Positions 9,274-17,833 of a DNA stretch of 64,000 bases are shown in pieces. The stretch's first letter is position 1; every line of letters begins with the position of its first letter. Location: IMG/VR virus record IMGVR_UViG_3300033075_001000, positions 2,948 through 66,947 of that record. The stretch is one strand, 5' to 3'. Source of the DNA: a virus. Its lineage: Duplodnaviria > Caudoviricetes. A program made the position numbers and the translations under genes. The notes under the pieces are model-generated. The model was given only the letters and a program-made list of their open reading frames with translations. It was not told where the DNA came from and searched no databases.

Positions 9274-9783
9274 TCAGTCGTCCTCGTCCGGTGACAGGCT
9301 GGCGACCGCATCCACCACGTCGTCGACCCGGACGGCGGCAGCCGGGAGCTCGTAGACAGGCGCGGCCCGTGGCGTCTCGGCGAGGACCGACACCGCGTCG
9401 GCTGACCAGTCCATCTCCGACGCGCGTAGGACCGGCAGAGCGATGACCCCGCGGATCGTGGCTTCTACCTCGAGGCGGTCGGGGATTCTGCCTTCCAGCC
9501 TTTCCCAAACCATACCGAGGACGTGCCAGTCGAGCTTCTCGTCCTTGTCGGTCAGGTGGCCGACGACCCGTTTGACGACTTGGCCTATCGGGAGGGAACT
9601 ATCCACTACTCCCTGCGAGTCGCCCCACAGCTCGGCCCTGAACAGCTCGGTTATGGACCTGTCCATGCGTTTGGAGCCGGTGGAGATGGGGGAAGCCGAG
9701 CGGCGGGAGGCAGCGGAGGGGCGATAGCCGGTGAGGGTAGCGGCCGAGGGGGTTGAGGCGGCTGCGGAGCGGGAGCGGGCCAT
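9274..9783 (-). CDS. Probable terminase small subunit (start uncertain)
   Basis: RSITELFRAEL...VVKRVV...LGMVWERLEGRIPDRLEVEA resembles TerS-type 'DRLEGK' helices; same strand as terL; no other terS candidate seen. Confidence 0.45.
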   Translation of the reverse strand: MARSRSAAASTPSAATLTGYRPSAASRRSASPISTGSKRMDRSITELFRAELWGDSQGVVDSSLPIGQVVKRVVGHLTDKDEKLDWHVLGMVWERLEGRIPDRLEVEATIRGVIALPVLRASEMDWSADAVSVLAETPRAAPVYELPAAAVRVDDVVDAVASLSPDEDD

Positions 9784-9881
9784 GGTCGGTGGGAATGATA
9801 GCGCCTTGACCCGGTGGAAGCTTGGTTGGGGTGAGATCTGAGTTTGGTTGGCTCACCCCTTGCAGAACCTAACATCTGGTC

Positions 9882-9912
9882 CCTACACTATATGTAGGTC
9901 ACACAATGTGAC
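9882..9912. promoter_or_regulatory. Two abutting palindromes (operator-like) at the divergence between terS and the early operon
   Basis: CCTACA-ctata-TGTAGG (9882-9898) and GTCACA-caa-TGTGAC (9898-9912) in a locally AT-richer spacer. Confidence 0.55.
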
Positions 9913-9938
9913 GCACCGGACGATATAGGAGGACGACG

Positions 9939-10352
9939 ATGGGAGCCGCCAACACTCACGACGAAACGAACGAGATCGAGACTCTTGAAGTCGCTGACCG
10001 CACCTGCTGGGACGTGATGACGACCGCTCTCGAGGGCGGGATCGGCTACTGGGCCAGCGCCCGGAAGATCCTTCGGCACGCCGACGACGGGACGCCGGAC
10101 GCTTTCTCGATCGTCTCCTGCGAGATCCGCGAGGACGGCATCGACGGGGACGACCCGGGCGACTGGCTCCCGCTCAACGCTGACGTGATCCGCAAGGGGA
10201 TCGCGCTCCTCTTCGACCGGCAGGTTTGCCCGGAGTACCTCGCCGAGTCGTTCGTGGCGGAGACCGACGCGGACGGGGGATGCGCGGTGGACGCCGATGC
10301 AGCGGACGCGATCGTCCAGCTCGCCACGCTCGGCTGCATCGTTTACTGCTGA
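9939..10352 (+). CDS. Conserved phage early hypothetical protein
   Basis: TALEGGIGYWA...DADAADAIVQLA motifs; RBS AGGAGGACGACG. Confidence 0.7.
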   Translation: MGAANTHDETNEIETLEVADRTCWDVMTTALEGGIGYWASARKILRHADDGTPDAFSIVSCEIREDGIDGDDPGDWLPLNADVIRKGIALLFDRQVCPEYLAESFVAETDADGGCAVDADAADAIVQLATLGCIVYC

Positions 10353-10444
10353 AAGGACGCTGCGTAGACGTCGGGCTACGGGGGCGGGTGACAGACGCCC
10401 CCGGCACCGGACGCCTAGACAGGCGAGCCGACAGGAGGACGACG

Positions 10445-10690
10445 ATGAGCAGAGCGAGACTCAACGCGAGGACGAACGAGGAGAGGAGCCAGCGGCGGTT
10501 CGTGAACGCCGCGGAGAGGGTCCTGACGCGGCTGGCGAACAGCCCGGCGCCGATCCCGGCCAAGGCGCTTTCGATGCCGGAGCGGTCGGTCCTGCGGCCG
10601 CTGGAGGCCGAGGGGGTCATCACCTACACGGGCGAGGCGTGGGCGCTCGCGCCGGCCGTCGAGCGGCAGATCAGGACGGTGCTGAAGTGA
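10445..10690 (+). CDS. Hypothetical protein (possible winged helix)
   Basis: AGGAGGACGACG-ATG leader; LRPLEAEGVITYTGEAWAL. Confidence 0.6.
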   Translation: MSRARLNARTNEERSQRRFVNAAERVLTRLANSPAPIPAKALSMPERSVLRPLEAEGVITYTGEAWALAPAVERQIRTVLK

Positions 10691-11109
10691 AGCAGTACCG
10701 CTGGGCGCAGATCCCGCCGCGGACCGAGTACGACGCCCCCGGCTCGATGCCGAGGGCGATCCTCTCGCCGACCTGCTACGACCTGCGGACGGCCTTCGTG
10801 TCGACGGCGGCCCGGGCGCTCTGGACGGTCTGGTTCCGCGACCGGATCGAGCCCGGGCTGATGCCGGTCCTGTACCGGAGGCTCAACGCGGGGGATGGGC
10901 CGTGGGCCGAGGTGACGACCGAGGACCCGGGCGTGCTGGCGATCCTCGAGGGTGACGAAGACTGGCTTCAGGCGGACATCGTGAAGGAGGCGATGCTCGT
11001 CGAGGGGATGAGCGAGGAGGCGTGCTGGGAGACGATGGACAGGATCGAGACGTGGGATGGCTGGACGCCGCTGACGCTCCGGGCCGAGGAGCGGACCGAG
11101 GCGGTCTGA
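10687..11109 (+). CDS. Hypothetical protein
   Basis: GTGA overlap; protein-like composition. Confidence 0.6.
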   Translation: MKQYRWAQIPPRTEYDAPGSMPRAILSPTCYDLRTAFVSTAARALWTVWFRDRIEPGLMPVLYRRLNAGDGPWAEVTTEDPGVLAILEGDEDWLQADIVKEAMLVEGMSEEACWETMDRIETWDGWTPLTLRAEERTEAV

Positions 11110-11200
11110 TCCCGTGCGGGTTGGGGGCGGGTTCGACCTGGGCTCGCCCCCATCTCAGACCGGACCAGAAGAGACCGGCCAAGACAGGAGGACAACAGAC

Positions 11201-11614
11201 ATGAGACCGACGACCATCACCCGGGAGGACCAGAGGCTCGGATGCGCTGCGGCGTTCGTAGAGCGCGACTGCACGGTCAAGCACGAGGGGCGCTCGTACG
11301 AGGCAGGCGGGGCGTACAGGGTCGGGACGAAGGCGCTCGTCTACGTCAGCGCGGACGGGACGCGCGTCACGACGTGGCACGGGGAGCCGGTCGGCTGGGC
11401 CGAGGTGGTCTCCCAGATCAAGCTGCCGCGGTGGAGCTACGTGAGCGGGAGCTACATCTACTCGTACCGGGTTCGGATGCACGACTACACCGAGTGGTAC
11501 GGCCGGGGCGGGGGAGCGGGGATGGCTCTCAGCCTCCGGCAGACCAAGGCGAGCCAGCGGGCCGAGGAGCGGCGGGAGAGGCAGGCCAAGGCGGAACAGG
11601 GGATCGCGTCATGA
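11201..11614 (+). CDS. Hypothetical protein
   Basis: AGGAGGACAAC leader; aromatic and Gly-rich beta-type sequence. Confidence 0.65.
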   Translation: MRPTTITREDQRLGCAAAFVERDCTVKHEGRSYEAGGAYRVGTKALVYVSADGTRVTTWHGEPVGWAEVVSQIKLPRWSYVSGSYIYSYRVRMHDYTEWYGRGGGAGMALSLRQTKASQRAEERRERQAKAEQGIAS

Positions 11615-11850
11615 GCGAAGACGACGGGCTCCCCTTCGTCCCGCGAGTCAACGGCACGGCAGACCGGTACGACTTCCGCCTGAGCATCGAGGACCGGCAC
11701 CGGTTCAGGGACCTGCCGTACCGGTCCCGCCGCTGGATCGAGATCACGGACCAGAGGACCGGGACGAAGTACCTCGTCCGCCGGGCATCCTGCGGCAGCG
11801 GCTGCTACTGCGACGCGCTGGCGAAGCCGCTGCCGGAGGTGAAGCCGTGA
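11611..11850 (+). CDS. Hypothetical protein
   Basis: ATGA overlap; RRASCGSGCYCDA. Confidence 0.6.
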   Translation: MSEDDGLPFVPRVNGTADRYDFRLSIEDRHRFRDLPYRSRRWIEITDQRTGTKYLVRRASCGSGCYCDALAKPLPEVKP

Positions 11851-11951
11851 CGTCCCTCGACACCTTCTGTCTGACGGCATTCCTGATCGGCGTCCCGACG
11901 CTGTTCTGGCTGGCGGTGCGGTGGGGCGCGCCGAGGAAGGGAGGACTCTGA
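11847..11951 (+). CDS. 34-aa membrane peptide
   Basis: GTGA and TGATG overlaps; TFCLTAFLIGVPTLFWLAV hydrophobic core. Confidence 0.45.
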   Translation: MTSLDTFCLTAFLIGVPTLFWLAVRWGAPRKGGL

Positions 11952-12196
11952 TGCCGCTCCCGATGAGGAACACGACCTTCCCCAAGATGGACGAGGCGCG
12001 GCTCGTCCGCTTCGTCCGCTCGCTCAACCTGAAGGCTGCCAATCAGGGCAACCGCTTCCTCTGGATCGAGCGGGAGCGGGACGGCTGGAGCATCGGCCGG
12101 GGCGCGTCCGGCACGCAGTTTCACGACCAGATCGCTGCCGGGCTGACGGCCCGGGAGTGCTACGCGGTCATGCTGGGCATGATCAACGCACAGTAG
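11951..12196 (+). CDS. Hypothetical protein
   Basis: ATG after GGAGG; TGATG coupling. Confidence 0.6.
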   Translation: MPLPMRNTTFPKMDEARLVRFVRSLNLKAANQGNRFLWIERERDGWSIGRGASGTQFHDQIAAGLTARECYAVMLGMINAQ

Positions 12197-12211
12197 AGGA
12201 GGACGACTCAG

Positions 12212-12502
12212 ATGCCGACACTCGAAACCGTGGAAGACGTCCAGCGCCTGCACCGCGGGCACTGGTTCGACCGGGACACCATGCGTTTCTTCCAGACGCG
12301 CATCCCCGACGCTCGCGTCTACGGAGGGCGGTACTTCATCTCATCCGAACAGTTCGGGGCGCCGCGAGGCTACACGGTCCGCGAGATCAACCTCGAGACG
12401 GGGGACATCAGCACGGTCGGGAAGTTCAACAGCTACCCGAGCCTCAAGGCGGCACGGGGCGCGATCTGGGCGCTTCTGAACGAAGAGGACCGGAACGTCT
12501 GA
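12212..12502 (+). CDS. Conserved phage hypothetical protein
   Basis: HWFDRDTMRFF...YGGRYFISSEQ...YTVR...TVGKF; GGAGGACGAC leader. Confidence 0.7.
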   Translation: MPTLETVEDVQRLHRGHWFDRDTMRFFQTRIPDARVYGGRYFISSEQFGAPRGYTVREINLETGDISTVGKFNSYPSLKAARGAIWALLNEEDRNV

Positions 12503-12572
12503 CACCGGCGGAGGGGCGCGTGCGATGCGCCCCTGTACCGGGGCCAGAGGCTCCGAACAGGAGGACGACGAC

Positions 12573-12980
12573 ATGAGCACCGAGGAATCCCCCGAGATCG
12601 CAGGCCTCGCCTTCGAGGTCGGCATCGAGATGCAGCGCGTCAATGCCATCACGAAGCGCGAGGAGTACCTCGCCACGCTTCACCCCGTGAACGCCGACCA
12701 ACGCTATGCCTTCGACGCGTTCGGCGGGTTCACCGGGTGGTGGGCGTTCCTGCGCGACGTCGCCGTCTACCTCTGCAAAGCGAAGGACGACACCGAGGCG
12801 GAGATCGACGCCGGGAAGCGGGAAGGATGGCTGGATCTCTGGGCCATGCTCAGCCGGGCCGCGAACATCATCGTCGAGCGCTTCGTCGACGAGGAGCATC
12901 TGAACGCTCGGGAGATCGCGCAGGAGACGGTGGACGAGGAACTGGGCGACTTCGGGCTCGAGTACGAGGTGAAGCCATGA
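12573..12980 (+). CDS. Acidic hypothetical protein
   Basis: AGGAGGACGACGAC-ATG leader; acidic C-terminus. Confidence 0.65.
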   Translation: MSTEESPEIAGLAFEVGIEMQRVNAITKREEYLATLHPVNADQRYAFDAFGGFTGWWAFLRDVAVYLCKAKDDTEAEIDAGKREGWLDLWAMLSRAANIIVERFVDEEHLNAREIAQETVDEELGDFGLEYEVKP

Positions 12981-13005
12981 AAGCGCTCGAACCCGAGGTG
13001 ACGAA

Positions 13006-13455
13006 GTGAGCGAAGGCGAGGTTCTGAAGTTCTACTTAGCGCACCCGAACCCCGCCGTACGCACGATGCAGGGCCGCAGGATGGGGGTCAAGACGAGCCC
13101 GGCCAAGGCCCGGGCCGTCCGCATCAACGGTCGCTCAGGGGGCAGGCCCATCAACCTGGGCATCCTCTTCCACAAGCGGTACGACAAGGAGCACCGGAAC
13201 CCCGTCAAGGTCGCCTACTCGCGGAGTTGGGGGGGCATCCTCTTCACGTACCCCGACGGGCGCCGAGAGTTCTATCCCGAAGGGACGTGCTCCAGCCCCG
13301 AGGAGGCGGTCATCCTGCTTGATGCGTGGTGGGGAGCTCCCGAGGCGGTAGTCACCCCCGACGGGCGTAACGAGCCGGATTTCGACTGGTATCCGTTCTG
13401 GCCGCAGGGAGTCCCCATCGGCCGGCGGAAGCCGAGGAAGAAGGTGGTGGGATGA
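13006..13455 (+). CDS. Hypothetical protein
   Basis: 149-aa ORF coupled to the flanking ORFs. Confidence 0.6.
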   Translation: MSEGEVLKFYLAHPNPAVRTMQGRRMGVKTSPAKARAVRINGRSGGRPINLGILFHKRYDKEHRNPVKVAYSRSWGGILFTYPDGRREFYPEGTCSSPEEAVILLDAWWGAPEAVVTPDGRNEPDFDWYPFWPQGVPIGRRKPRKKVVG

Positions 13456-13610
13456 CCGGCCTCGACTGGATCATCCTGCTCTCCATCGTCGTCGGCCTCT
13501 TCGCATGGGGAGCCCGGGAGATGATGAGCACCCGCCCCCCGGCTCCCAGAAAGCCCCGCAAGCTGACCGACGATCCTTCCTCTGGGCCGCCCGACAGCCA
13601 TTGCCTGTAG
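13452..13610 (+). CDS. Small membrane protein
   Basis: ATGA overlap; LDWIILLSIVVGLFAWG. Confidence 0.5.
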   Translation: MTGLDWIILLSIVVGLFAWGAREMMSTRPPAPRKPRKLTDDPSSGPPDSHCL

Positions 13611-13625
13611 ACCGTAGATAGAGCT

Positions 13626-13670
13626 TGACTTCCGAATAGCGCCCACACAATATTCAGGTAGGAGGACGAA
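13626..13670 (+). promoter_or_regulatory. Sigma70-like promoter and RBS
   Basis: TTGACT at 13626, CACAAT/CAATAT 15-17 nt later, then GGAGGACGAA. Confidence 0.4.
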
Positions 13671-13673
13671 CCC

Positions 13674-14513
13674 ATGAGAACGCCTTTCCTCATCGACCGT
13701 CACCAGATCGAGCACCCCTGCACCGTCGCCGGGACGTCGGCCGCGACGATGCGGAGCATCTGCCACGTCCAGTTCACCCGGAGCGGCTACGGGGCCGCCG
13801 TCGTCGGGACGAACGGGCACTACCTCGTCGCCGTCACGCCGAACCAGTCTGCCCCCGAGTGGAAGGACTTCCCGACCGGCACCGTCTCGCTCGACACCGA
13901 CGTCGAGGAAGTCGACTGGGCCCCCTTCGTCGTCGACCGCGAGGACCTCGTCAACGCCCTGAAGATGCTCGGCAAGGGCAGCAAGAAGATCCCGATCCTG
14001 AACTACATCCTCGTCATCCCCCCCGAGCCGCAGGCCAGCTACGTCCGCCTCCTCGTCCCGCTCAACGGCACCCCGCAGGTCGTCGAGTGCCGGTGTCTCC
14101 TCCGCGGAGAGGACCGCTTCCCGGACTGGACGAAGGTCGTCGCCGAACCGAAGGCGTGGAAGCACGGCAGCGGCTCCCGAGTGGCCTTCGACGCTGGGTA
14201 TCTCGACCAGATCACCGACATGGTGCGGTCGGTCTCCGGCAGGACGTCTGCCTCGCAGGTCGAAACGAACTTCGCGTTCACGGACAGGGGGCATGAGGGG
14301 CCGCTGATGATCTACGGGACCTCCGAGCGCTTCGTCGCCATCCTCATGCCGATGCGCTCCGACCTCGACAAGGGCAAGCTGAACCGCACCGCGGCCGAAT
14401 GGGCGAAGAAGCTCCGCTCCCGCTTCGTCATCAAGGGCGAGGTCCCCGAGGCCGAGGAGGCTGAGGGGATCGCCCCCGCCGAAACCGACGCTTGTGGGGT
14501 GGCTGCCGCCTGA
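13674..14513 (+). CDS. DNA sliding clamp (DnaN/beta-clamp)-like protein
   Basis: VVGTNGHYLVAV (cf. ATDGHRL), EDRFPDWTKVV (cf. G.FPDY..V), VAFDAGYL, terminal AILMPMR. Confidence 0.65.
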   Translation: MRTPFLIDRHQIEHPCTVAGTSAATMRSICHVQFTRSGYGAAVVGTNGHYLVAVTPNQSAPEWKDFPTGTVSLDTDVEEVDWAPFVVDREDLVNALKMLGKGSKKIPILNYILVIPPEPQASYVRLLVPLNGTPQVVECRCLLRGEDRFPDWTKVVAEPKAWKHGSGSRVAFDAGYLDQITDMVRSVSGRTSASQVETNFAFTDRGHEGPLMIYGTSERFVAILMPMRSDLDKGKLNRTAAEWAKKLRSRFVIKGEVPEAEEAEGIAPAETDACGVAAA

Positions 14514-14593
14514 ACCTGGGCCATCCCTGCCCGCCTCGCCGCAAGGGGAGACGGGCAGAGGAGCCGCCGAGGCTTCGAAGGAGGACGACGAAG

Positions 14594-14923
14594 ATGACGC
14601 GACGAAAGTTCGGCCCGGGCCGTGGACGCGGCAGGCCCCCGCTCAATGTCGATGGGCTCCCCCCGGCCATCCTGAATCTCAAGATGCCCGAGGACCTGCG
14701 CCTCCGCCTCCGGGCGGCCATGAAAAAGGACGGCACCACGGCCTCCACGATGATCCGAAAGGCACTCGACAAGGCTCTCCCCCCAGCTCCGCCCCTCCCG
14801 GTGCCGGTGCTGCCCAAGGAGAGCGCGTGGCCGGAGCTGGACCCCTACGAGGCCGAGGAGCCGCCGCCGAGCTACGACCCCACCACGGGTACCTACCGGT
14901 TCCCCGGGGAGCCCGAGGAGTAG
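14594..14923 (+). CDS. RHH-like DNA-binding protein with a GRGRPP motif
   Basis: GRGRGRPP then LNLKMPEDLRLRLRAAMKKDGTTASTMIRKAL. Confidence 0.65.
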   Translation: MTRRKFGPGRGRGRPPLNVDGLPPAILNLKMPEDLRLRLRAAMKKDGTTASTMIRKALDKALPPAPPLPVPVLPKESAWPELDPYEAEEPPPSYDPTTGTYRFPGEPEE

Positions 14924-14927
14924 GCCA

Positions 14928-15365
14928 GTGCTGCGCCTGCACGAGCTCTCCAGGGCGATGCGGCAGCACCTCGAGACCGAGTTCCCGGAGGCCGCGTTCA
15001 CGGTTTCCTCGAGCTACGTAGGGCGGAAGGACGCCCCGAAGACGCTCCGCGTGGACGTGGAGTGGGTCAACGGTCCTCCGGTCGAGTACGTGAAGACCGC
15101 CTCGAGAGCCTTCCTCGAAACGACGGCCGAAGGCCTCTGGAAGGTCGTCTGCCTGCGCTGGTATACGCCGGCATGGGCGAAGGACATGGCCGCTTACCAC
15201 GGCGCCCGGGTCAAGATCAGCACCTGCGGCTACAACAGCGCTGCCCTGATTCACCCCCCGACGAATGACGAGGACGGCGAGGCGGCTCTTCGCCAGTTTC
15301 GCGCAACCCTCGACTACTGCTTGGCCCCGAACGAGGCCGGGAGGACGAAATGTCTGACGAACTGA
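14928..15365 (+). CDS. Hypothetical protein, LPD29-like
   Basis: MRQHLETEFPEAAFTVSSSY...VDVEWVNGP resembles the LPD29 'FP..KFSV.....V.W.DGP' pattern. Confidence 0.45.
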   Translation: MLRLHELSRAMRQHLETEFPEAAFTVSSSYVGRKDAPKTLRVDVEWVNGPPVEYVKTASRAFLETTAEGLWKVVCLRWYTPAWAKDMAAYHGARVKISTCGYNSAALIHPPTNDEDGEAALRQFRATLDYCLAPNEAGRTKCLTN

Positions 15366-15370
15366 GCCCG

Positions 15371-15835
15371 CTATGGGCGCAACAGTTTCCGAAGCCACCC
15401 ACGAGTCACACCGAGAGCGCGAGCCACGCGGAGTTTCGGTTCTCCGGCGGCCATTCGAGCAATCGCCTCATCTCGAAGCCGAGCAGGATAAGCCGAGAAG
15501 AACACCCCGCGAAGCCCACGCCGAAGATCCCCACGGATGTTCGCGGACTGATCGACACGCTGCAAATTGACTGGCCGGTTGTCGGCCTTATCCCCGTTGA
15601 GGTGGTCGATCTGAGGGCTATCCCCGGGAGCGAAGGTATCGGCTATCACACGGTGGAGGGGACGGCGGACACGACCCCATGGCCCATGGAGCACCACCCG
15701 ACGGTATCCCTCGTGGGTAACCTCCGGACTGAGCACGCGGCCACGCTTCCCGCGCACTCGCCCCATGGTAGAAGCGGCGTAGCCGTAAAATCCGGGTACT
15801 GGACGCCATTCTTCGGTACGATCGTCGTCAGCCAT
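15371..15835 (-). CDS. NUMOD4-HNH homing endonuclease
   Basis: EEWRPVPGFYGYAASTMGRVR (NUMOD4) and IDHLNGDKADNRPVNL (HNH); inverted within the + operon. Confidence 0.9.
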   Translation of the reverse strand: MADDDRTEEWRPVPGFYGYAASTMGRVRGKRGRVLSPEVTHEGYRRVVLHGPWGRVRRPLHRVIADTFAPGDSPQIDHLNGDKADNRPVNLQRVDQSANIRGDLRRGLRGVFFSAYPARLRDEAIARMAAGEPKLRVARALGVTRGWLRKLLRP

Positions 15836-15947
15836 CGTGAGCCCTCCTACGGGTTCCGAGGTCAGGCCCGGGGTGAGGGTGACAGCCCTTCCCCGGGTCG
15901 AACTTCATTCTACAGCCACACAGCCATCGCGGCGCAGGCGGCCTGAG

Positions 15948-16145
15948 ATGGGCGACTACCCTCCCTGCCCCACCTCAGGGCCCATCACGGGATGCTGCAC
16001 GGTCGCCATCCCGAACACGTCCCAGTTCGCCGTCGTCTGCCCGGGGACCGCCACCCAGACGGCCGCGGTCCCGACCCTGTCCTACGTCAGCATGGCTCTC
16101 TTCGCCGTGCTCATCATCGCTGCCGCACTGAGGAGGATCGGATGA
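15948..16145 (+). CDS. 65-aa Cys-containing protein with an IPTL-CTERM-like sorting signal
   Basis: C-terminus VPTLSYVSMALFAVLIIAAALRRIG = (I/V)PTL motif + TM helix + Arg pair. Confidence 0.6.
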   Translation: MGDYPPCPTSGPITGCCTVAIPNTSQFAVVCPGTATQTAAVPTLSYVSMALFAVLIIAAALRRIG

Positions 16146-16354
16146 TCGAGTGGACACTGAACAAGTCTGGGACGTGCCGCTCCTACAGGGACGTCCCCAA
16201 AGGTGCCCGCGTGGAAGCGGTCAACGGCCGTTTCGTAGTGGGAACTTGCGAGACGTGCGGCAAGGTCGTCCTCGAGGGCCATAGGTATAGCACCTGGGCC
16301 GACGACATCGTGACTTGCGCCAAGTGCAGCGGGCCGCAGAAGGAGAGAGCATGA
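16142..16354 (+). CDS. Zn-ribbon hypothetical protein
   Basis: CETC...CAKC; ATGA overlaps. Confidence 0.6.
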   Translation: MIEWTLNKSGTCRSYRDVPKGARVEAVNGRFVVGTCETCGKVVLEGHRYSTWADDIVTCAKCSGPQKERA

Positions 16355-16644
16355 ACGACTTCCGCTACCCCAACCCGGATTTCTGCCCCCCGCTCGCGAA
16401 GGCGAACATCGACGCATGGGTCCGCCACGCGCAGCCCGGCGGGCACTTCCTGACGGCCGTGCTGGAGAACAACCTTAGCGGCGCGATCGCGCACGGCGAC
16501 CTCGACAACCTCGCAGCCCTCCACCACATCGTCGCCTACCTCTACAACCGCTGCCCGGGAGCCTGCTGGGGGAGCCCCGAGAAGGTCAAGGAGTGGCCGG
16601 AGCTGCTGGCGAAGAGGGGGATCGACAAGTTCGAAACCGACTGA
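16351..16644 (+). CDS. Conserved phage hypothetical protein
   Basis: PGGHFLTAVLENNL...IVAYLYNRCPGACWGSPEKVKEW. Confidence 0.7.
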   Translation: MNDFRYPNPDFCPPLAKANIDAWVRHAQPGGHFLTAVLENNLSGAIAHGDLDNLAALHHIVAYLYNRCPGACWGSPEKVKEWPELLAKRGIDKFETD

Positions 16645-16667
16645 CGCCGGAGTAGCCCAGAGACACG

Positions 16668-16700
16668 AGCGCCCCGGGGCAACCCGGGGCGTTTCGCTTT
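16668..16700 (+). terminator. Intrinsic terminator at the convergence of the + and - operons
   Basis: GCGCCCCGGG-GCAA-CCCGGGGCGT followed by TTCGCTTT. Confidence 0.75.
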
Positions 16701-16900
16701 CAGGCCTCCCCGAAAAGGTCTTGTTGCCCCCTGCGTATCAGCTCTTCGCGTTCCTCCCTGGCGTCGGTAGCTTCCTTCGCCAGCTTCTCGGCTGCCGAGC
16801 ACGACTCGAGCTCGTCGAGGATGCGGAGCCTCTTGCAGTCCGGGTGGTTGGAATGACGGACGACGAAACGCTTCCCGTTGTCGAGGACGGCCCAGGTCAC
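16700..16900 (-). CDS. Hypothetical protein
   Basis: Last gene of the - operon; ATGA coupling. Confidence 0.55.
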   Translation of the reverse strand: MTWAVLDNGKRFVVRHSNHPDCKRLRILDELESCSAAEKLAKEATDAREEREELIRRGQQDLFGEA

Positions 16901-17205
16901 GGCTTCTCCCCCCGCGCCCCCGCGAGGCGGCGCCAGCGGGCGTCGGCCTCGGTGCGGAATTCGGCCACGTAGGCGCCGACGATGCTTTCGGTGGCCCGCC
17001 TGCGCCCCAGCTCGACATCGGACAGATAGGCGGCAGAGCGGACGAAGCGACGCGCAGCCTCTCGCAGCGAAACACCCGCCGCCCTACGAAGCTGACGCAG
17101 CCCATCCCCTTCGACCCTGTCTATGAAGCCGAGCCCTTGGCACGCCCGGCACGGCTCGCGGTAGACCTTCAGTTGCGGTGGGGGCAGCGTCCGCGGCGCG
17201 GTCAC
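16897..17205 (-). CDS. XRE-family HTH protein with an N-terminal CxxC
   Basis: LRQLRRAAGVSLREAARRFVRSAAYLSDVELGRR. Confidence 0.8.
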   Translation of the reverse strand: MTAPRTLPPPQLKVYREPCRACQGLGFIDRVEGDGLRQLRRAAGVSLREAARRFVRSAAYLSDVELGRRRATESIVGAYVAEFRTEADARWRRLAGARGEKP

Positions 17206-17444
17206 TCCCGCACCTCCGCCTTGATGTCGTAGTAGCGGTCGAGCGCCTCTTCGATCGCGTGGAGAATTCGGCAACCCGGCTCCTTGCTCTCTGGCGAGCG
17301 CACGAAGATGTCCGCCGGATAAACCTCCACGAGCATCCGCCGCGTCTCTTCCGCCCATTCGGGCAATCCGAGCGGCGGAGCGGGTTCGGGCTTCGGCGGT
17401 ACTGCCCCGAACGGTTCCCCCGGCAGCGTCCGCGGCGCGGTCAC
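17202..17444 (-). CDS. Hypothetical protein
   Basis: GTGA overlaps; first 23 nt identical to the next gene's start. Confidence 0.55.
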   Translation of the reverse strand: MTAPRTLPGEPFGAVPPKPEPAPPLGLPEWAEETRRMLVEVYPADIFVRSPESKEPGCRILHAIEEALDRYYDIKAEVRE

Positions 17445-17833
17445 GACCGGCCTCCGCGAGAGGCGAGGGCGGCGAGCCCAGCCTCGGTCAGTTCGCCGCA
17501 CGGGCCTTCCCCGCCGCACCACTCGCACTCGACGCCGTCGGCGTGCCGCTCGACCTGATGCCAGAGGCCGGACGCCTCGGCGGCTTCCTGCGCGTCGGCC
17601 CCGTCGATGTCGCCGGGATTGCCGTCGTCCCACCACTCGGCGAGCATGGCTTTCCCGAAGAGGGCTAGGGCGCGCAGCCGCTCGTTCTCGGCGCGGAGGG
17701 CGGCGTCGTGGGCCATGAGCGTTGCCCGCGTCTCGGGGTTCACGTCATAGAACGACTCGTAGCCCCGGTTGGTGCATTCAAGGATGTCCCACCATTCGCG
17801 CTCGTACTCTTCGGGGCTCAGGATGTCTTTCAC
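17441..17833 (-). CDS. Hypothetical mosaic protein
   Basis: GTGA overlap; RAENERLR block. Confidence 0.6.
   Translation of the reverse strand: MKDILSPEEYEREWWDILECTNRGYESFYDVNPETRATLMAHDAALRAENERLRALALFGKAMLAEWWDDGNPGDIDGADAQEAAEASGLWHQVERHADGVECEWCGGEGPCGELTEAGLAALASRGGRS

Noticed and set aside
9599-9856. Alternative-frame ORF (RLNPLGRYP) as a frameshifted terS N-terminus
   Set aside because: Would need a +1 shift with no evident slippery site; the similarity to the GNPxGRP motif is too weak.
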